DNA of 64,000 bases. Source: a virus. Its lineage: Duplodnaviria; Heunggongvirae; Uroviricota; Caudoviricetes. The DNA is taken from the IMG/VR virus record IMGVR_UViG_3300035696_000002; one strand, given 5' to 3'. Made by a program: the position numbers and the translations under genes. Below, piece by piece: positions 9,784 through 17,396 of this stretch. Position 1 is the stretch's first letter. The number at the start of each line of letters is the position of its first letter. A model generated the notes under the pieces. The model was not told the DNA's origin. It did no database searches and worked only from the letters and a program-made list of their open reading frames with translations.

Positions 9784-10038
9784 ATAGGCAAACAGAAGGA
9801 AGTGAAATTCAGCGTCAGGGTCAGCGACCATGACTACGGTTACAGAGTCGAGCAGGTGAAGCGATTTCTGGCCAAGAAGCATAGTGTTTTGGCTGTGGTG
9901 CAGTTTAAGGGGCGTGAGATCACACATCCCGAACTTGGGCAAGAGTTGTTGGCCCGGCTGCTAACCGATCTGGGGAGAAACGGAACTCCCGTCCTGAAGG
10001 GACGATCACTTCAAGTTCTGATTACGCCTAAGAGTTGA
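9784..10038 (+). CDS. infC: translation initiation factor IF-3, C-terminal domain only (probable ATA start)
   Basis: KEVKF..DHD..RFL..FKGREITHPELG; AGGAGG SD upstream of ATA. Confidence 0.8.
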   Translation: MGKQKEVKFSVRVSDHDYGYRVEQVKRFLAKKHSVLAVVQFKGREITHPELGQELLARLLTDLGRNGTPVLKGRSLQVLITPKS

Positions 10039-10115
10039 GCGGTGCCGTAGAAGGCAACCCTGTTCAATAGGAGGGCAGAGACCAAAGCGGTACTGCTCAA
10101 AAAGTTTTGATGTAT

Positions 10116-10203
10116 TGGGAAGTAGGAAAATTGGCAACCCCAGAGGATTCTGAATCCTCCGTGCTTAAGCACACTGAAGGTTCGAATCCTTCCTTCCCAG
10201 CCA
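10116..10203 (+). tRNA. tRNA-Gln(CTG) with long variable arm
   Basis: Loop TTCTGAA; variable hairpin GTGC-TTAA-GCAC; CCA. Confidence 0.88.
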
Positions 10204-10216
10204 AGTTTAGGAGTCG

Positions 10217-10286
10217 TGGACTGTAGCTTAGTTGGCAGAGCACCCCCGGCAAGGGGGAGACGCGGGTTCGATTCCCGCCAGCCCGA
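10217..10286 (+). ncRNA. tRNA-like RNA with 5-nt anticodon loop, no CCA
   Basis: Canonical D and T arms; CCCCC-GGCAA-GGGGG arm. Confidence 0.65.
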
Positions 10287-10369
10287 ATACGAACGACTCT
10301 TAGTGCTGAGAGTGGACGAGGATTTGTCCTGATCGTATCGGGACGTAGAATTGTCCGCTCTCGTTGCAT

Positions 10370-10444
10370 TCCTCGGTAGCTCAGGGGTAGAGCAGGTGGC
10401 TGTTAACCACCCTGTCGGAGGTTCGAATCCTTCCCGAGGAGCCA
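10370..10444 (+). tRNA. tRNA-Asn(GTT)
   Basis: Cloverleaf, CCA. Confidence 0.95.
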
Positions 10445-10446
10445 AG

Positions 10447-10547
10447 TTAGGTTAGAAGGTCGCGGACACAGGAACCGCCTCTCGTGTACTGTACGCTTCG
10501 GCTATCGACAGAGGACGGGTGTAGCTCAGGGAGAGCATCTAACCTGA
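10447..10547 (+). ncRNA. circularly permuted tRNA-like RNA (YrlA Y-RNA-like topology)
   Basis: TAGGTTAGA/TCTAACCTG closing stem, then AGGTC, T-like arm, looped acceptor stem, TAGCTCAGGGAGAGCA D arm. Confidence 0.6.
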
Positions 10548-10560
10548 AAGTTTGAAGCTG

Positions 10561-10628
10561 GGGGGCGTAGCTCAATGGTAGAGCAGCCCACACAAGGGAA
10601 GATGCGGGTTCGAGTCCCGCCGCCCCCA
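10561..10628 (+). ncRNA. tRNA-like RNA with degenerate anticodon arm, no CCA
   Basis: Perfect acceptor, D and T arms; shortened anticodon arm. Confidence 0.65.
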
Positions 10629-10716
10629 TAAGGCTTCATTAAAGGGCCAGAGATAGACCGGGACGCCGGGAACGTCGTGAAATCCTCATAGGCCCCACGT
10701 GATTAGAAGTAAAGCT

Positions 10717-10793
10717 GGGTGTGTGGTGTCAACGGCTAACATATCTCCCTCTTAAGGAGCAAGATGCTGGTTCAAATCCAGTCACACCCACCA
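10717..10793 (+). tRNA. tRNA-Lys(CTT)
   Basis: Loop CTCTTAA, CCA. Confidence 0.9.
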
Positions 10794-10814
10794 AGTTTGT
10801 GTTAGAGTGAAGTC

Positions 10815-11627
10815 ATGTTGCATCACGTAATTCAGAAGGACATGTTTCACGAGTTCGGGTTTCATACTCTGATTCGTGCGATGGAAGAAAACGAAGTCCC
10901 GTATTGCGTGGTGAAGATCATCCCGTTCAGTCATGAACTGACGTGGGAGTCAGGTGTGCCGCTGCCGGAGAGCACGGTGCCGACAATGATCTGGGGCATG
11001 ACCTGTGTTGAGGAAGTCGCCGGAGTAAGACAATGGACGCCCGGCGTGTTCAAGAACGAGAATTTCGATTTGCGTGTGATCGGCGAGAGGTACGGCGAGA
11101 ACATGCTGAATGCCGACGCGAAGTTTTGCAGGCTGGGGGATATTCCAGCGTTTGAGGGATCGGCATTCATTCGCCCGGTACACGACACAAAGTCGTTTAC
11201 CGGAGCCCTTATCAATGGCGAAGACCTGCGAACTTGGCAGGATCAGCTAATGCAGTTGAAGGGTGAGTTCACGACGTTGAGTCTGGACACCCCGGTGCTG
11301 TACGCCAGCCCGAAGAAGATTGATACTGAGTGTCGCTTCTTTGTGGTGGATGGAAAAGTTATCACTGGTAGTTCGTATCGGGTTAACGGTAGAGTATTAT
11401 ACAAGAGGGTGAACGCCGACAACCCGATGTGCATCCCCCTGAGGGAGTTTGCACAGAGAATGGTTGACCAGTGGCAACCTGTTGAAGCATTCGTGATCGA
11501 CATCGGACGAGTCGGCCAAGAATGCAAAGTGATCGAGATCAACTGCTTGAATTCGTCGGGGTTTTACGACTCGGACATGGCGGCGGTGGTCAGGGCGATC
11601 ACGAATTTACCAAGTTTGGATCGGTAG
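10815..11627 (+). CDS. ATP-grasp domain protein (DUF4343-like)
   Basis: FIRP..DTKSFTG, ECRFFVVDGKVITGS.Y, FVIDI..KVIEIN..NSSGFY. Confidence 0.8.
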   Translation: MLHHVIQKDMFHEFGFHTLIRAMEENEVPYCVVKIIPFSHELTWESGVPLPESTVPTMIWGMTCVEEVAGVRQWTPGVFKNENFDLRVIGERYGENMLNADAKFCRLGDIPAFEGSAFIRPVHDTKSFTGALINGEDLRTWQDQLMQLKGEFTTLSLDTPVLYASPKKIDTECRFFVVDGKVITGSSYRVNGRVLYKRVNADNPMCIPLREFAQRMVDQWQPVEAFVIDIGRVGQECKVIEINCLNSSGFYDSDMAAVVRAITNLPSLDR

Positions 11628-11693
11628 CTCAATTGGCAGAGCAGGTGACTCTTAATCATCAGGTTGGGGGTTCGATTCCCTCCCGGTTCACCA
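11618..11693 (+). tRNA. tRNA-Lys(CTT)
   Basis: Cloverleaf, CCA. Confidence 0.95.
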
Positions 11694-11696
11694 ATT

Positions 11697-11765
11697 TTAC
11701 GGGTCGCTTAGAAGACGGAAGCAGGCGGCGGTACCGCCGTTGCGGGTTCAATGTCCGCCCCGTGA
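11697..11765 (+). ncRNA. tRNA-like RNA with 5-nt anticodon loop, no CCA
   Basis: GCTT/AAGC D stem, GGCGG-CGGTA-CCGCC arm, GCGGG-TTCAATG-TCCGC T arm. Confidence 0.55.
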
Positions 11766-12486
11766 ATTCGGGTCGAAGGCTAAATGCCTGATTGTTCCCG
11801 TGGACACCCAAACGAAAGAGGCGTGACCAAGCCGGAGAGTCGGCACCAGTTTTATGCGAAAGACGTGTCCCAGTTGTCTCGGTGATGACGCAGCAGAGCG
11901 AGAAGGCCGGAATTTCGACCCTCTCTATGGCACCGTAGAGATTTACTGCACGTACTGTGGCTCGTTTGTGGACATGATCTGGCGATGGCAGACAGACGAT
12001 TCGGTCTGGCAAAAGTTTAAGGAACAAGCGAGGGGATATGTGGGGTGCTCCTGAGGACGTGCCGGGTCGTTGTAACGCCCGGCTTTTTGTTGGGGACGAT
12101 TATGGCGACAACACCGCGACGTTCATGTGCGAGTTAGACCCCGGCCACGAAGGTAAGCACCGGGAAGTCTTCCGCGATGGCACAGCGGTCATAGAGTGGG
12201 AGACCGATGAGAGGCAGACCGGGAACGATCCTGACCTGTAAGGATTTTGCGGATTTGGGCATCGAATGTTGCGAGGCCTGCCACGACGTAGAGAATCTTG
12301 ACCCGCTTTTACGGATCAGGGTCGATGGGCAGGAAGCCCTAGTTTGTTGTGAAATAATGGCATTTTTCTACCCTGACGAAGCAGATCAGGCGGATTTTTG
12401 GCAAGCTCAAATGGACGAGGCCGAGGCGTTAAACCCACCAAAGCCAGAGGACTTTGAAAACCCTGAATAGAAGGGGAATTGATTTT

Positions 12487-13035
12487 ATGGCTGACACTCT
12501 AGTACTTGACATGTCGGGAACCCCAATCGGGTTCGTTTCTTGGCAGCGGGCTGTGAAGCTCTACTGGGAAGACCGTGCCGTCATCGTGGATGATGACGCA
12601 AACCGGATTCTCCACTCGCCGTCCTTCGAAATGAACATGCCGACCGTCATCCGTGCTAAGAACTGGGTGCAGCGTCGGAAGAAGGAACGTGTCCCGTTCT
12701 CGCGTCGCAACATCGCGATCCGCGACAACAGCCGTTGCCAGTACTGCAATAAGCTGTTGCAGACGGCCCAGTACACGATGGATCACGTCATCCCTCGTTG
12801 CAAGGGCGGAACGTCTACGTGGACGAACCTCGTGCTTGCTTGCATCCGTTGCAACAAGTACAAGTCTGGTTGCACGCCGGAGGAGGCAGGTATGCATCTG
12901 TTGAAGCAGCCTATCGAGCCGAAGGCAGATGACCCGAAGTACAACTTCAAGCTTCGGATCAAGAAGATGCACCCGACGTGGAAGCCGTGGGTCGATGGCG
13001 GCTGGCTGTACTGGAACATCGAACTGGACAAGTAG
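12487..13035 (+). CDS. HNH endonuclease (McrA/HNH_5-like)
   Basis: FSRRNI..RD..CQYC..TMDHVIPR..GG...WTNLV.AC..CN..K. Confidence 0.9.
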   Translation: MADTLVLDMSGTPIGFVSWQRAVKLYWEDRAVIVDDDANRILHSPSFEMNMPTVIRAKNWVQRRKKERVPFSRRNIAIRDNSRCQYCNKLLQTAQYTMDHVIPRCKGGTSTWTNLVLACIRCNKYKSGCTPEEAGMHLLKQPIEPKADDPKYNFKLRIKKMHPTWKPWVDGGWLYWNIELDK

Positions 13036-13456
13036 GAGAAGTCATGAGCCTAGTGCTAAGCGGCGATTTTTGCGGCTGTGAGAAGCATCATGGCTCATGG
13101 CACTCCAACTGCCCCGAGTGTGACACGGAAGAGGGCAAGTCCTGCTGGAAGTTTTTGCACGTGCAACTACCGTGCGGTAAGTGCGATAATTGCATTCGCA
13201 ACGGGAACAAGCCGTATGATTGGCGTAAGGAAATGCTGGGCGGGGAGTTTACCGAAAGTTTCATCGCTTGAAGGAGCCTTATGGACGTTGACAGTATTCG
13301 CAAGTTGGGCATTAGCAGCAGCCTCGGAGACAAGGAAACAGTAGCTCTCTTCGAGAAGTTGATCGCATACGGCTGGATTGACGGGGCCGGGCGGTCGTTA
13401 CCGTGGACGGCTCATCTTCGCCGCAAGGATCGTGCAGCGGCAGCGGGGCGTGAGTA

Positions 13457-13714
13457 ATGCCGTACAACTACCCCGGCTTACTTCGCAGCGAAGACACCAA
13501 CGACCACGATTGGCGGATTGTGTGTGATGTGCTGGATGCAGCCATCGCTCACTGGAAAAAGCGGAGCGAAACCGAGAGTGATTTGTTCGGTTCGGCCTAC
13601 GGTCATCACTACGTAGGGGCTCTCACAGAAGTTCAGATCGCGTTACTCGGCGGCGAAAGCGACAACGTCGATGAGAAGGCGATTGAGGCCATGATTAAGG
13701 CCGCAAAAGTTTGA
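13457..13714 (+). CDS. hypothetical protein
   Basis: TAATG-coupled ORF. Confidence 0.55.
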   Translation: MPYNYPGLLRSEDTNDHDWRIVCDVLDAAIAHWKKRSETESDLFGSAYGHHYVGALTEVQIALLGGESDNVDEKAIEAMIKAAKV

Positions 13715-13800
13715 TCCCGTAGTCTAGTTGGACAAGGCAGCGGTTTCCTAAACCGCAGAGCGAAAGCTCATCGGGGGTTCGAATCCCTCCGGGATCACCA
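13713..13800 (+). tRNA. tRNA-Arg(CCT) with long variable arm
   Basis: Loop TTCCTAA; variable hairpin GAGC-GAAA-GCTC; CCA. Confidence 0.9.
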
Positions 13801-13821
13801 TTTTGATTGCAGGAGCACGCG

Positions 13822-14094
13822 ATGTTTAAGACGATGCAGTTGGTTTATCGGAACATGGTTTGGAACCGCCCGAAGATCGGGCTGTGGGGTTTGATCGTAG
13901 TCGCGTTAGTGGCCACGACAGACCTGTACTTCAGCATTTTGCGGATCGGTGGGGGCCGGGTAACTGCTGGCGTATTCGCCGCCTTCGCACTGAGCTTCTG
14001 GTTCGTCGGGTTGCCAATGGTTCTGACACTGATCGACCTGAAGATGAAGCCCCAGAGGATGGAAAAAATCTGGGCACAGATGCACAAGCAGTAA
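13822..14094 (+). CDS. small membrane protein
   Basis: AGGAG SD; two hydrophobic helices. Confidence 0.6.
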   Translation: MFKTMQLVYRNMVWNRPKIGLWGLIVVALVATTDLYFSILRIGGGRVTAGVFAAFALSFWFVGLPMVLTLIDLKMKPQRMEKIWAQMHKQ

Positions 14095-14100
14095 ACGTTT

Positions 14101-14174
14101 TGCCCCTTCGTTCAACGGCAGGACACTTGGCTCTGAACCAAGGTATGGTGGTTCGAATCCATCAGGGGCAGCCA
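14101..14174 (+). tRNA. tRNA-Gln(CTG)
   Basis: Cloverleaf, CCA. Confidence 0.95.
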
Positions 14175-14661
14175 AGTTTTGGGCTTCAGAATCCATTTGT
14201 ATATGGAACTGAAACCGTATAAGATCGTTGCAATGCCGTTCGCACAATCTGACGCGACCGCCGAATACACGGAGTATGCGATCAGCGAAGATCAGGCCTT
14301 GCGAAATTTTGAACGACGTTACCCGGCGTACCGGGTTAAAGAAGTAAGGGAAGCGTGAGCAAGTACGACGGAACAATTTGCAACGACTGTAACACCGAGA
14401 TTTATCAGGACAAGTGCAACTGTGATTATTACCGGGCACACCCTGAGGCAACCTTACCCGAGAATGAAACATCTAGGGAGATAGGTCGCAGGATTCGAGA
14501 AGACTTTGGCGATGAGATCGCCGGAGCATTGAAATAGATTATGACCATGCTAAACTACATGCCGCTGATTGCCGCAACCGAGATCATGGTTCTCGTTGTG
14601 CCCCGCCTCGTCTTCGCGATTGCCGCGACTCCTCTCAGACGAAAACGCTAACCCAATCCTT

Positions 14662-14743
14662 GGGGGCGTAGACTCGTGGTCTTCTAAACCATAAGAGCTT
14701 AACCGGACTGAAAATGTGGGTTCGAATCCCACCGCTCCCTCCA
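14662..14743 (+). tRNA. non-canonical tRNA-Arg(TCT) lacking the D arm
   Basis: Acceptor, anticodon and T arms plus CCA intact; 7 nt in place of the D arm; 23-nt variable region. Confidence 0.7.
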
Positions 14744-14760
14744 TACCTTTGCGTACCTTT

Positions 14761-14835
14761 GCCTCCGTAGCTTAACGGTAAAGCTACCGCCTTTTAAGCG
14801 GATAGATGGGGGTTCGATTCCCTCCGGGGGTACCA
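14761..14835 (+). tRNA. tRNA-Lys(TTT)
   Basis: Cloverleaf, CCA. Confidence 0.92.
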
Positions 14836-14837
14836 AT

Positions 14838-14917
14838 GGGGGTGTAACTCAATCGGGTCAAGAGTACCCGGCTTTTAACCGGGAAGTTGCAGGCAACCCA
14901 ATCTGCCGCCCCCACCA
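14838..14917 (+). tRNA. tRNA-Lys(TTT) with aberrant T loop
   Basis: Loop CTTTTAA, T loop CAACCCAA, CCA. Confidence 0.8.
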
Positions 14918-15133
14918 TTCCTTCCTATGCTATAATCACCACGTGAAATACAAAGACTTTTTCATCGACGAGGGCAAATACTTCATCGACGCCGAGAAGG
15001 TGACTCGCGAAGTGTTCAACGAACGCCGATTGAAAGAGTGCTGGCACCACTGGGTGCCGATAGGTGATTCCGACAAAGACGGCGAATGTCGTTACTGTGA
15101 ACTCAAAGTTGTCGGGGGCAAAAAAGTAGTCGA

Positions 15134-15655
15134 ATGATTACCTGCGTGACAGCACCGAGTCGAAGCGGCACCAGCTTGACCATGCAAATGCTACAGGCAG
15201 CGGATGTGCCGCTGTGGTGGGACGCTCTCCCTAATCGCACAGCGTGGAATCCACGCGGACACTTCGAGATCAACACGCGAAAGAACAACGACTGGACGAT
15301 CCTTCTGCCGCTCTGTGAAGGCAGGGCCATCAAGGTGATGCCGTTTGATCTGTACCGCCTGACGCCGGATCACGAATACCGTTTCATCACAATCCTCCGC
15401 AATCCAACAGCCGTCGATGCGTCGCAGCAAGCTGCGGTGGAATTTCGTGGTGCAAAGATGTCTGACGCGGATAAGACCAAGGAATGGCAGCGGTATACGC
15501 TGGACTTTATCAAGGACTACCCACACGTCATCGTCAATTTCGACGACCTGTTCAACGGCAAGGCCCAGCAGAGCATCGGCGAGTTCATGGGCTTCGACGA
15601 CCTCCAAATCGCGAAGATGAACGATTGCGTAGACCCGGAACTCAGGCATTTCTAA
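15134..15655 (+). CDS. sulfotransferase-family P-loop protein
   Basis: PSRSGTSLTMQML, NPRGHFE, AIKV, ILRNP..V.AS. Confidence 0.75.
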   Translation: MITCVTAPSRSGTSLTMQMLQAADVPLWWDALPNRTAWNPRGHFEINTRKNNDWTILLPLCEGRAIKVMPFDLYRLTPDHEYRFITILRNPTAVDASQQAAVEFRGAKMSDADKTKEWQRYTLDFIKDYPHVIVNFDDLFNGKAQQSIGEFMGFDDLQIAKMNDCVDPELRHF

Positions 15656-15738
15656 TACCAACCGGAAAAAGATAAAACAAGAAATAGTTTCTGTGGTACG
15701 TTTGTTTCGTGGACACATTCCACAGACAAAGGGTATAT

Positions 15739-16326
15739 ATGTCAAAAGCTGCTGTAAAGGAACAAGCAATTGAGGTAAAACGGTTGGATATTCGTTCTAT
15801 CCGGCTGACGCTCGAAGGCGATTCACCGCTCATTTCCCACAAGTGGGCGGAAAAGGCAAAAAAGGAAATGCTCGACAAGCAGATGAAGAAGGCCAAGACT
15901 GCTAAGGAAGCAAAAGACCCCGAGAAGGACTACAAGGATAGCCTGTATGAGTATCCGGGCGGCGGTTTTGGTTTCCCAACGATTGGCGTCAAGGCTGCTG
16001 CGGTCACCGCTGCTGCTCAATGCGACATGTTCAAAACTGACGCACGTGCAGCATTCCACATCGACGGCGATCTGGTTAAGATCGACGGCGAACCGGAGAT
16101 GCGGGAAGACATGGTGCGAGTTGGCATGGGCACTGCGGACATCCGCTATCGCGGCATGTTCCCCAAGTGGAGGACAACCTTCACGCTCAAGTACAACGCA
16201 TCCGTGTTGTCTGCTGAGCAGATCGTGAACTTGTTCAACGCTGCGGGATTCGGCGTTGGCATCGGTGAGTGGCGTCCCCAGAAGAACGGGTCGTTCGGTC
16301 GCTTTCACGTTGCAAACGAAGCGTAA
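15739..16326 (+). CDS. stand-alone Cas7/RAMP-superfamily-like protein
   Basis: L.G.SPLI.H start, FP..GVK helix, IRYR..F..W, C-terminal G-rich loop AGFGVGIGEWRPQKNGSFGRF. Confidence 0.75.
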   Translation: MSKAAVKEQAIEVKRLDIRSIRLTLEGDSPLISHKWAEKAKKEMLDKQMKKAKTAKEAKDPEKDYKDSLYEYPGGGFGFPTIGVKAAAVTAAAQCDMFKTDARAAFHIDGDLVKIDGEPEMREDMVRVGMGTADIRYRGMFPKWRTTFTLKYNASVLSAEQIVNLFNAAGFGVGIGEWRPQKNGSFGRFHVANEA

Positions 16327-16331
16327 CAGAA

Positions 16332-16360
16332 ACCGGGGCCTAACCGCCCCGGTAGTTTTT
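16332..16360 (+). terminator. hairpin/terminator after the RAMP gene
   Basis: ACCGGGGC/GCCCCGGT followed by AGTTTTT. Confidence 0.65.
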
Positions 16361-16368
16361 ATAAGCGA

Positions 16369-16589
16369 GGTAGGGCAGGCTTGGCATGGTACGGCGGGGA
16401 GAGGCGAGGTCAGGCATGGCAGGTATGGCGTGGTAAGGTCGGGTGAGGCGAGATCGGGGCTAGGCGGGGCAGGCGTGGTGCGGTAAGGTGTGGTCGGGTC
16501 TGGTAAGGCGTGGTTGGGTAGGGCAGGCAAGGTGAGGTGAGGCGGGGAGAGGTGAGGTATGGTTAGGCCCGGCGTGGCAGGCGAGGTGT
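16369..16589 (+). repeat. GGY-NN pentamer array 1 (putative guide ncRNA), about 40 units with 5 GGCA separators
   Basis: Parsed directly: near-invariant GGY with a variable NN every 5 nt. Confidence 0.9.
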
Positions 16590-16614
16590 GATAAAATCAT
16601 TTTGAGGTGGAGCT

Positions 16615-17091
16615 ATGGTTTACAAATGGAAAGCAGCAGCACAGATCAAAGGACTCGATCCGCAAGTTTGTGGCGACCGGATGGAGTACATCAAGAAAAC
16701 AGTTGGAGCCGTAACAGCAGAAACAGTTCTTGAAGATGCCCGCAACATTAACTCGCCCCTGCACGGTGGTTTCACATGGGACGACAACGAAGCAGCAGAA
16801 CAGCACCGCCTCAATGAGGCACGATATCTTCTTCGTCAGATTGTGATCTACGAGGAGCCCAAAGAACCGGAAGGCGAACCTACGATTATTCGTGCGTTCG
16901 TAAATGTTCAGGAAGAAAACCAGCCGGATGCAACCTATGTTGATATAACGACGGCGATGAGCGATCCAAAATTGCGTGAGCAGATTTTGGAGCGAGCATA
17001 CCGCGAGCTTACGGCGTGGAAAGTTCGTTACGAAGAGTTTGAAGAGTTCGCACGGGTCGTCAAAGCAATCAACTCAGTGAAGCTGAAATAG
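16615..17091 (+). CDS. hypothetical partner protein between the two arrays
   Basis: GAGGTGGAG SD; V.EDAR...SPLH..FTWDD..AAEQHRL..AR.L motif. Confidence 0.8.
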   Translation: MVYKWKAAAQIKGLDPQVCGDRMEYIKKTVGAVTAETVLEDARNINSPLHGGFTWDDNEAAEQHRLNEARYLLRQIVIYEEPKEPEGEPTIIRAFVNVQEENQPDATYVDITTAMSDPKLREQILERAYRELTAWKVRYEEFEEFARVVKAINSVKLK

Positions 17092-17118
17092 GCGACCGCT
17101 GCGGAGTAGAGCGAAACG

Positions 17119-17396
17119 GGCGTGGTGAGGTACGGCACGGCTAGGTATGGCCCGGTTTGGCGTGGCAGGCGTGGTGTGGCGTGGCCCGTCGCGGTCTGGT
17201 GTGGTAAGGTAGGGTTAGGTATGGCAGGCGAGGTAAGGCGGGGATAGGCATGGTGCGGTGCGGCACGGCAGGTGAGGTGAGGTGAGGCGGGCTGGGCGAG
17301 GCATGTTTGGGCGGGGCGAGGCAGGCGGGGCTGGGCTGCGTATGGCATGGTCGGCAGGGTCAGGTCGGGTTTGGCATGGCAGGCACGGATCGGATA
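17119..17396 (+). repeat. GGY-NN pentamer array 2 (putative guide ncRNA), about 50 units with GGCA separators
   Basis: Same grammar as array 1 with different NN content. Confidence 0.9.

Noticed and set aside
10544-10557. Gapped match of array 1 segment 3 (CT AA GT TG AG) to CT-g-AA-a-GT-t-TG-a-AG
   Set aside because: Only 10 informative nt. Several such hits are expected by chance in 64 kb, and the other five doublets do not match.
8148-10629. ORF-track calls overlapping tRNA genes (e.g. 8593-8856, 9564-9791, 10011-10445, and the N-terminal extensions of 9017 and 9697)
   Set aside because: They read through clear tRNA cloverleaves and are spurious or over-extended.
11770-11848. Possible Ro60-binding Y RNA (GTCGAAGG ... 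TGACC)
   Set aside because: Only a short motif and a 5-bp stem, and no Ro60 gene in the window; too weak to call.
15823-17348. Pro-rich minus-strand ORFs (15823-16530, 17028-17348) and the Gly/Arg-rich plus ORF 16256-16486
   Set aside because: These are translations of the GGY-NN pentamer arrays and overlap well-supported + strand genes. A 5-nt period is not codon-compatible.
16369-17396. Classical CRISPR array or simple microsatellite
   Set aside because: There are no 23-50-nt direct repeats with spacers. The NN positions are too diverse and the GGCA punctuation too regular for slippage repeats.
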